This document shows, piece by piece, positions 30,401 to 39,249 of a stretch of 39,249 nucleotides of DNA. This DNA is from Saprolegnia diclina VS20 (lineage: Eukaryota): assembly GCF_000281045.1 (NCBI RefSeq), contig NW_008246083.1, positions 767,679-806,927 of the forward strand, read 5' to 3'. Each line of letters opens with the position of its first letter. The stretch's first letter is position 1. Made by a program: the position numbers and the translations under genes. The notes beneath the pieces were generated by a model, which saw nothing but the letters and a program-made list of their open reading frames with translations, had not been told where the DNA came from and made no database searches.

Positions 30401-33091
30401 CGGGCGCTGTTGTCGTCGCGAGCTCGCGCTTTGCCAAGCTCAAGGTCTGGAGCGGTCTACTCTACCTGGCTGCAAGTGTTGTCGGCAGCCTCTCGTACCT
30501 AGAGCTCTCTGGTGTGAATTTAGCGAATGATCTCTATTGGTCAACGTACAATACCTCTGGCACCCAGAGCTTCCTCGCCAATTGGTTCAACCGACTCCTC
30601 ATGGTCAACGCGACGCAGCCAAGCATGCCCTTGGACGTCCCTGCGTTTGCCGACTTGCTCGATTACTCGACGCCTGACACTTTGATCTCATACGCCCGCG
30701 TCTACGCGCGACTTGTACAGTACGAGGCGGGCAGCGACCTTGGCATGATGGTCCAAGGGCTTCGCTCCATGGACGCGTGCCAAGCGCCGTGGATCGCAAC
30801 AAGCTACTGCTGGCTCGACTTTGACCGACAGATTGAGATGGCCAACACCATCGCCCGTCAAGATCGGTGCATGACCAACTATCGTAGCAACAGCGCCGTC
30901 TACTTGGAGTCGATTCTCAGGAATGTCGACTGGCCCACTTTTGAGTCGTGCTGGGGCACGTCGTTTGAGGTTGGGATTGCCAAAGACGTACCCTCGCTCA
31001 AGGTTCGCGGTGCTGATTGGCTCACCTCACTCACGAATGGCAACCGTCTCTCGGTGGCCGACGAAGTCGTTTTCTGGCAATCAATGGGTCTCTTGACCTA
31101 TACGACCCAGTGGCAAAACTACAAGGCGCTCGGCCTCCGCGACGTTTTCTCAATTGAGAATGCGTTGGGAATGATGTACGATATGACGCTTCAGTCCACG
31201 AACGGCTCGTATCAGTCGTCCATGTCGACGTCGTGGAAGACGTACTGGACGTTTGCGAGCGATCTCTGGGCGATTGCAACAAATGGTTCTGGCATTGCCG
31301 GCAAGTCGCTCTTGCGACAGAGTCCCCAGTTTGCATTTGCCAATGTGTCACTCGAAACAATGTTGACCCGAAATACTACCTTGCTAGCGCCCCTGGACGG
31401 CGCTCTAAGTGCTTTTCGCGATAGTTTGGGGCCGTTTGGTGCTGTTGACCTCTACCACGTGGCATTCCCGGCGTCGCTCGTCCGGCTTCAGCACGACGCC
31501 ATGCGTGAGCTCACAACTCTTTTGGCTCTATCCAGCATCAACTCAACATCGATGCAAAACGACTACGCCAACCTCGTGCTCATGTACTCGATGAGTCCCG
31601 TGCCGCGTTATCTGGACCGAAACACGTACCTCTGCGCCGGCGGCAGTCTTTTTTGCGGCGAAATACCGTCCAACTTTAACGTTTCACTCGGTTTGTCACA
31701 GTTTACGGGCGTCGATACCATGTGCTACACGAGCTTCAACGACTGGATCTTTGTGAACCCGATGCAAGCCATCTTTAGTGTCATTGCCTCGGGTATCGCA
31801 CTCGACCCGACACACTTGATTCCTCTCGCCTGTGCGGCCGAGGTCATTGTGCCAACACAGTGCTTGGCCTTTCTGACCAGCGTGTCGAGCTTTGTCTCAA
31901 CTCACTTTACCAAGAGTTCCCTGCAAGCGTATCGATCGCAAGCGATATTTGTCGGGGCCGATGTGATGGCGACCTCGGTGGGCATCATGCAGTACGTCCG
32001 GCACCTACCCACCAACCACATCATGCTCTTCCACCAAGTGCTTTTCGACCCGTCAGATGCGACGATGATGTACACGAGCTATGCACTCGCGTATGACTGG
32101 GCCGTTGGCACGCGGGAAGCTATCGTGGCGCATGGGGATGCGAACTCGGTGGCCGTGATTTCAGGAATCTCGCCAATGTCTCGCTTTGCCGCCAGCAGTA
32201 TGGAGATGCCTCTCAACGTCGCGACGTACCTCTGAGGGCTCTGCCAGTACGTCTCGTTCGTTTTGGCCGCGATCGCCTTGGTCGCGGGTCTCTACACGTT
32301 AGCGAATGGCTGCACGAGCGAAGGGCTTAACCTCTTTGAAGTCAACCGCGTCGGTGGCATGACCTGGATAGGACGCCCACTCCTCTTGGTTCGAAGCGTC
32401 ACGGCGCTCTGTATTCTCAGCACTGCCACTCTTCAGCTTCACACGAATGGGATCATGACGCAACTGATTGCATCGCGAGAGGATGTCACGTCACTGACTG
32501 CGTACATCACCAAGAGCCTCGCAGCGAGCGAACTCGGCTGGCTCGTCTACATCTTTGACGACATATGCATGGCCTGGACGCGCCAATACAGTGCCAGCTA
32601 CACGACCAAGTCGGCGTTGATGGCGTGGTTCATCGCGGTTGTCTTGAGCTTTACGAGCCCCGTTTCCCACAGCGCAACGATCCAGCGGTCGTGCGAGAAT
32701 GTGCAAATGGACTTTGAGATGGTGTGCCACAGCGGCGTCGTCGCCATTGGGTCAGTCGACCGACTGAGACTCCTTGTGAGTATCGCGGTCGGTGGATCCT
32801 TCCTCATGTATGTTCTGGATCGTACGTGGCGTGTGCTGCCACCACCTACCGAGCACAACTCTTTCTTGATGTCGTCAAGTACCTCTATGAACGAAAAGGC
32901 TGGGTCTGCGACGGAGTCTACTATCGTCGAACGGTCTTCTCGTCTGCTCGTTTCAAGGCGACTTCTACGTCTTTGACATCAAGACGTGGAGAACGCTCGT
33001 CATCCGGCGCAGCGACATCCAAGCGGCAACGGCGCTGCATCCCTCAGCGCATCACCTGGCCCGCGCTCTCCCGCTTATCAGTTTAAGTTAG
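27407..33091 (+). pseudogene. Giant two-module multi-pass membrane protein (NDxxW / CWxDF / QWxN / WxGRPLLL family) with premature TGA and two C-terminal frameshifts
   Basis: Two homologous roughly 900-aa modules (SNDHFW/ANDLYW, YCWADF/YCWLDF, AVYLE, WVGRPLLLLR/WIGRPLLLVR, CHSG, FDTKLW/FDIKTW). In-frame TGA at 32233-32235, frame changes near 32876 and 32929, natural stop at 33089-33091. Confidence 0.7.
29843..30544. other. Assembly artefact: identical 301-bp sequence on both sides of a 100-N gap
   Basis: 29843-30143 equals 30244-30544; the gap 30144-30243 is exactly 100 N. Confidence 0.9.
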
Positions 33092-34475
33092 ATGCACTGT
33101 ATTATTTTTTATCTTAGCCTTTGTGACCCAGCGCCCCGCGCTCGACTGCATTGCAGGTGGTAGACATTTTGAGAGTACGGAAAGCGAGATCGCGTCGACG
33201 TCTGAGGCGTACTAGTTCTAGTATAGCGGTAGCGAGACGCGACCCAGGATTCCGACTAAGACCGTATGCCATCTTGGATGCACTACGCCAAGGGTCAAAT
33301 TTTTTATTGTCCCTTGACTACACTAGAACGCTGACGCCACTTGCCGACATCAAACATCACGCTTGAAATGAAATCGCCCAAACTTGGTGCATTGATAAAA
33401 TGTCCAAAATGTCCAACAGTTCCTCATGATGCCGCAAATAGTGTAATTCGGCATAGCTTTGGACACGAGTTTCGAGCGCTGTAGGCCGCGCACGACGGTG
33501 CAACTTGGTGCTCTGTGCTATTCAAAGCAAGCTTAATCACTCTACCACGTATGANNNNNNNNNNNNNNNNNNNNNNNNNNNNNNNNNNNNNNNNNNNNNN
33601 NNNNNNNNNNNNNNNNNNNNNNNNNNNNNNNNNNNNNNNNNNNNNNNNNNNNNNNNNNNNNNNNNNNNNNNNNNNNNNNNNNNNNNNNNNNNNNNNNNNN
33701 NNNNNNNNNNNNNNNNNNNNNNNNNNNNNNNNNNNNNNNNNNNNNNNNNNNNNNNNNNNNNNNNNNNNNNNNNNNNNNNNNNNNNNNNNNNNNNNNNNNN
33801 NNNNNNNNNNNNNNNNNNNNNNNNNNNNNNNNNNNNNNNNNNNNNNNNNNNNNNNNNNNNNNNNNNNNNNNNNNNNNNNNNNNNNNNNNNNNNNNNNNNN
33901 NNNNNNNNNNNNNNNNNNNNNNNNNNNNNNNNNNNNNNNNNNNNNNNNNNNNNNNNNNNNNNNNNNNNNNNNNNNNNNNNNNNNNNNNNNNNNNNNNNNN
34001 NNNNNNNNNNNNNNNNNNNNNNNNNNNNNNNNNNNNNNNNNNNNNNNNNNNNNNNNNNNNNNNNNNNNNNNNNNNNNNNNNNNNNNNNNNNNNNNNNNNN
34101 NNNNNNNNNNNNNNNNNNNNNNNNNNNNNNNNNNNNNNNNNNNNNNNNNNNNNNNNNNNNNNNNNNNNNNNNNNNNNNNNNNNNNNNNNNNNNNNNNNNN
34201 NNNNNNNNNNNNNNNNNNNGAGGCTTGTAGCTCACAATTCTCGGGCTTCCGCACTCGCGGTGATCTACAGTATTGTCACAACGCGTGTGATGGGATTCAT
34301 GGGTCCTCGTATGTCGGAGGAGATCGCGAAAAACAATCGATTTCTATGACGTGGCACTCGGAGAATGTCCCATTTCGGCGCAAACGTTCAGTCGTGTAAA
34401 AACAAGTGTAAAAGCGAGCACGACAAAGGCGAAACGCAGTGCTTTTACAAGAAAATTGTAGAAGCCTTGAGCGCT

Positions 34476-34491
34476 GCTCATTCCGCAATTT
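34476..34491 (+). promoter_or_regulatory. Oomycete Inr/FPR core-promoter motif
   Basis: GCTCATTCCGCAATTT matches the consensus GCTCATTYBNNNWTTY at every position. Confidence 0.45.
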
Positions 34492-36634
34492 GCGCTGCAG
34501 GGCCTCGGCCGCACGGCAGGGTCGTCGCACAGCAGGGTCGTCGCAAGCGGGCGTCCTGTCGACTGTGGACGGTGAAACTCGTGTGGCCGAGGTCCTTCTT
34601 TCGCCGCGAATCCATACGATACAGGACGTTGGCTTACCACGTACACAAAGATCGCAGCGTCTTCATGTAGCAAGCGAGCTTGGGTCTGCGGCGTCGAGGA
34701 TCGATGATCGCCAAGTTCGATTGGTGGTATCCGAAACATGTTGAGCAGCGCCGTAGCCATCGAGCGCCTGCATTAGTACCTAGGCGTAGGTGCGCACATG
34801 CACACTAGAGGTTCGCGGAGCTGTCGCATTCGTATTGGGCCGTGGTTGCTGGCGTCGATGCAGCGCTGGTCGCAGCCATCGGCGCCGTAGCGGTAGAAAT
34901 GCCCTTGCTTTGATGTTGGGCGTCTACGTGCTGTGAGGTATATAGTCGACGCGCCGAAACAAACCCTGACAGCGACAACCTCGAGCGTTTGTGCGAGGAG
35001 TGATGGCCTCGACCGTGTCGCGCTCGTGGCGTCGTTTCAAGGCATCCGGATAATGGTACCGGACATCAATAGCAATTCATTTCAAAATGGGCGCCGCGAC
35101 GAGACGAGAAACGCCGGCGCAGCATTGGGCGCTGGGCGCGCGACGTCGCGTTCGGAGCGCGCTCATCATCTCTCATTGCAGAGGCAAGCGGCACTCATCT
35201 CGAACGCCTCACGCGTGACGCCCTGCTGCTTGCGCACGGCAGCCAGCACAGAGACCGCTGGCGCGCGGCGACCTCTCGCCGCCGCGAACCTCTTGCTCAG
35301 CGGCGCGTCTTATACGCTCTCTACTCGATTTCAATTGAGCAGAGCTTACATCCCTCAGCAGCCACCTACAGTGGCCGTGGGTCCTCGTCGTGCTTGGCAC
35401 TTACATTGTTCTCCAAGGCGTCGGTGCTGTGCTCGATCGCGTTTGGCGCAAGGTACCACACGTCTTTAGCGCTACTTGGGTCTCACAGATTGACTAGGTT
35501 CCGTGTTTGCCCGAGACACACGAGCTCGGGATTTTTGCGCTTTTTCCGCGCCTTCTCGTGCTCGCACCACCCGCTTGTCGTGCACGGCGCGCGCAAGTAT
35601 GCCATTGTGAGCCAGTTGACGCGCCTCAAGGATCGGTTCGTGTCGACCTCGCGTCGCCGCATCGAAGCCCAAAGATGATGAGATTGTGCGCGACCACGTC
35701 GACGACCATTTCACGCGGCGCCGGGTCTCACGGATGCGTACAGGCCAAGCTTCACGCCGCATCGCACCTTGGGCGCGCAGTGTGCTATTGCGACGCTTCT
35801 CGCGTTTGGTGGCGACGGCATGGGCGAAGCGCTCCTCTTGAGCAACCTCATTCAGTCGCACGTGGGCACGACGCTCGAGACACCAACAATTACCAACGTT
35901 TAAAGCGGCGACGCCGACATTGACTGCGCGCGGACGACGCGCTGTATACCAAGACGCAGAAGGCCGCTTGGAGGCGCTGGCTTGTAAAAATATCGCGCGG
36001 GAGTGAACCACCGACCCGAGCGCGACAACCAAGAAGGTCGAGAACGACAAGCCAGAGCACGAGGCGCTTCGGCAGCGCTTGTTGCATAAAAGCATGCTCG
36101 CGGTCACGCCTGCGTGAATCGAGTACAAGGAAGCAATCGCGGCGTCGGCCAACCTCTCGCCGACGTTGTCTTGCAGCAGCTCTGTGCCGGGCCGCCCTTG
36201 TCGTTCGATCGTCAGTGACCTCGACTTGCTCTCGACGCTCGTACAGGCTCGCCAAGCGGGCCGAAAGGCAATACACAAAGCGCCATGTGACGACGAAGGC
36301 AAGGACCGGAAGGCGACATTGGCCGATGCTCTCGACGATTTTTGTCGCTCGCTTTGAAAATGGCGCCGAGATCAAGTCGCATCTCGCCGCTTTCGGATGC
36401 GCCCGCTGCGGCGCTGGCCAGCGGCATGCAGCCGTTTCGCGACACGATTGCGTCGACGCTCATGGCCAAGTGCGATGCGTTTGGCGCACCGGTCATGCAC
36501 CGCCACAATGAGATGGAGGCTGACAGAGGCATGCTGGCGCACCTCGGCGCGTGCATCGAGCACTGCGCCAAGACAGAGATCCTCTCGCGCGACCACGTCA
36601 TGAGCTTTTTTCTCTCGGTTCGTATCGCCAACAT

Positions 36635-36960
36635 GCAAGCCCGAACCACACGACGACGGAGGCGATGCAAGCGCTGCAGTCGATGAAGTTTGTGCACTTG
36701 ATCGACGCGCCATTGCTTTCGCTTGTGATGACCATGCTTCTGCGCGGCTTGGCAGATCGCATCTCGGAGACGAAGAAGGCTGCACTTATTTTCTACAACA
36801 TGTGCTCGATGGTCAACGACGCCAAGGACCTCACGCTGCACCTCGGCACCATCTGCCGGCAGACGCTGCTGCTCGACTCCATTCCTGAGTGCCGCACGGT
36901 TTCGTCCAAAGCCCGCGGTATGCTCGCCAAGGGCCAGAGCCACTTCCCGCACCTCATGCC
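36635..36960 (+). pseudogene. GCN1: GCN1 (eIF2-alpha kinase activator) HEAT-repeat fragment
   Basis: AMQALQSMKFVHLIDAPLLSLVMTMLLRGLADRISETKKAALIFYNMCSMVNDAKDL...LLDSIPECRTVSSKARGML matches the GCN1/eEF3-like signature (FVHxIDAPSL, KKKAAxI, DPIPEVR) with small deletions. Flanks are not an intact ORF, and GCN1 is normally a very large protein. Confidence 0.75.
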
Positions 36961-38712
36961 ACGGGCAGCAGGCCATAAAGTCGTTGGCGGTCGACGATCG
37001 AGCGGTCAGGTTCGGCCAAGAGTCTCTGTGAGGTGCTCGTGCACCTTGGCCCGGACGCGCTTGATCACTAAATATTCAACGCGAGCCAATACATGGCGCT
37101 TTGAGCCTTCATAATTCTAGACAGACTTGTCCTTGGCCACTGAAATGGTCACAGCGTTGTGGCTCCGCGCATAGAGCGTGGTATCGAAAATGCCATTTTA
37201 TTCAAATCAATTCATTGAAAAATCATCCAGTGACCAGGGATGCCGCAAATCAGCACGTTCAACCTCTCTCCATCACTAGCGACTTGTAGTGGGCCGTTGA
37301 AAATAATCCCAGCATTTTCCAATATTTGTTACATTTTGGCCATGCACCGCTACGGCGGGCGTGAGGTTTGTCGATCCGAAATCGAGATTTTTGCAACCTT
37401 CTCCAATCGCTGTGATATTTTCAGGGACGCTTTCTCTCGNNNNNNNNNNNNNNNNNNNNNNNNNNNNNNNNNNNNNNNNNNNNNNNNNNNNNNNNNNNNN
37501 NNNNNNNNNNNNNNNNNNNNNNNNNNNNNNNNNNNNNNNNNNNNNNNNNNNNNNNNNNNNNNNNNNNNNNNNNNNNNNNNNNNNNNNNNNNNNNNNNNNN
37601 NNNNNNNNNNNNNNNNNNNNNNNNNNNNNNNNNNNNNNNNNNNNNNNNNNNNNNNNNNNNNNNNNNNNNNNNNNNNNNNNNNNNNNNNNNNNNNNNNNNN
37701 NNNNNNNNNNNNNNNNNNNNNNNNNNGAAGAATGTGTTTGAAAATGAAGTTTGTGATTTGAAAAAGTAGTGTTTTGTGAATGAAAAAGAGTGGTTTGAAG
37801 AGGGTTTTTATAACCGCTGCCCTTTCTAAACGGCGTCGAATTTAGCTACGCCGCTTAGTTTGCCGTGTGCGCATCGAAAAAAGAAAATCCGGTTTTCAAT
37901 TTGACCTTAGAATTATTAGTAGTTGTGGAGAAAATTGTCAATTAGTGCGCTTTTGGTGTCCTACGTGAGTAACAGGTGAACACTGGCGACATTCTGCTTG
38001 CCAGCTTGTCGCATATGATTCGAAAGGATGGTAGCAGCATCAACATTGCAGTTTGACCATATGTTTTTGATGAATGTTCTGGTTTGCATGGATGCACCAG
38101 CACAATGGCGATAGAAATAATCACTCCAAACGACCGTGGTGCTACGTATGCAAAGTCTTTGTAATGTACGTGTAAAAATCGTTTGACTTTAAAGCCCTCT
38201 AATAGAGTAGCGCTGTTTCAATAATATTGTAAAGTAACGAATTACTAGTACGCAAAAGTATTCTGAAAACGGACCGAGCGTGTGCTTTTTATTTGCATGT
38301 GAATATATATATATGTAATTAAAAACGTGGTTAAATCATCTTCGACTCACCCGTGTTTTATTCAAGCGTACAATATTGTGGCAATTAATATGCAAAACAT
38401 TAGGTAGCGACGAGAAATATATTACTTGGTCTATTTTCTTGAGCGGCAGCAGCGTGCAGCTCTTCGCTTGTTTGCCAAGAAGCGTCCGTTGGGACTCGCA
38501 TATTATTGACTCAGTACAAATTGAGTGAGCATTGTATCACCCCAATGCATTTAGTTGCAAAAAATACGCAATTCGTTGTCGCTTTGTTAAGTTAAACATG
38601 CATAAACCATACCCAATGAAGGGCCAGCTCATCTAACTTCTGCAGGTCGATTCGTCAAAATTGAAATCGGTCAGTTTTTTATAGGTCGGTTTACTGGTGG
38701 TTTATCTTTATT

Positions 38713-38868
38713 CTATGTACCATTTTGTGATTTGTAATATATAGTGTGAAAAGTGAAATCGGGCGCGCTTGTTGTGTGTTTCTAGACTTCTAACACTATA
38801 TACCATTCTGTGATTTGTAAGATATAGTGTAAAATGTGAAATCGGGCGCGCTTGTTGTGTGTTTCTAG
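38713..38868. repeat. Two direct copies of a 73-bp unit (period 83)
   Basis: 38713-38785 and 38796-38868, 5 mismatches, each ending GGGCGCGCTTGTTGTGTGTTTCTAG. Confidence 0.9.
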
Positions 38869-39249
38869 TCCAGGGTAACAGTAGCTAATTGATGGTTTGG
38901 CTGATGAAGATCAAACTCGCTGTAAATAGCAGCACGTCTTGCTTGACTAGTTATTTTCAAGGCGGATGGATACAAGATACGTCTCGAGCTATATGCCAAT
39001 GCTATTGCAAGGGCAAACTCGTTAGGAGTGGCTATCTCAGGTCACGGAGCGAGTTTACGCACAAGTCTTACATCGTTGGGTAGGTATTTACGAGGCAAAG
39101 TAGAATATTAAATGTAGGATACTCCATGACAATATTGTACATGGTCAAACCTGTTTAAACTACTTAGCTCTTGCCACAGGGCGAATCCAGACACAAGCGC
39201 GACATAATCTGAAAGCCTGAAGAATTGCCCGTCGAATAAAAAACAATTT

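Noticed and set aside
29843..30544. Apparent tandem duplication within the giant membrane gene
   Set aside because: Identical copies flanking a 100-N placeholder gap: unmerged contig overlap.
32233..32235. Selenocysteine or programmed readthrough at the in-frame TGA
   Set aside because: No Cys at the equivalent position in module 1, no readthrough-favouring context (TGA-G), and two further frameshifts point to decay.
33424..34399. Long ORFs spanning N-runs (also 2075-2887, 37240-37761)
   Set aside because: Artefacts of translating assembly gaps.
34800..34930. Minus-strand CIDASNHG as a SET-domain relic
   Set aside because: No RFINHSC or other supporting motif; too short to call.

Overview
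Eukaryotic, GC-rich, gene-dense draft-assembly window with very short (about 41-51 nt) GT-AG introns and four N-gaps. Gene content and a perfect oomycete Inr/FPR motif suggest an oomycete, probably Saprolegniales (inference). The core (about 4.1-24.4 kb) holds an alpha/beta hydrolase, a small Cys/His zinc-finger-repeat ORF, a DUF2817/M14-like peptidase, APC7, an NSD-like PHD/SET methyltransferase, a 10-intron MOSC (mARC-like) gene, a degenerate GH18 + LysM-like protein, RNase H2A, a large hypothetical gene and a PTPDC1-like phosphatase. The flanks are accessory-like: three paralogues of an unnamed multi-pass membrane family ending in GIPDxx, a disrupted two-module giant membrane protein, scrambled MCM7 and GCN1 relics, a degenerate tRNA with encoded CCA, and an AT-rich tail. 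I see no clear-cut new multi-gene system. The best leads are the probably non-catalytic GH18-LysM protein, the receptor-like membrane families, the MOSC N-terminal extension and the scrambled MCM7/tRNA insert. All family calls come from motif recognition by eye; no database search was run.
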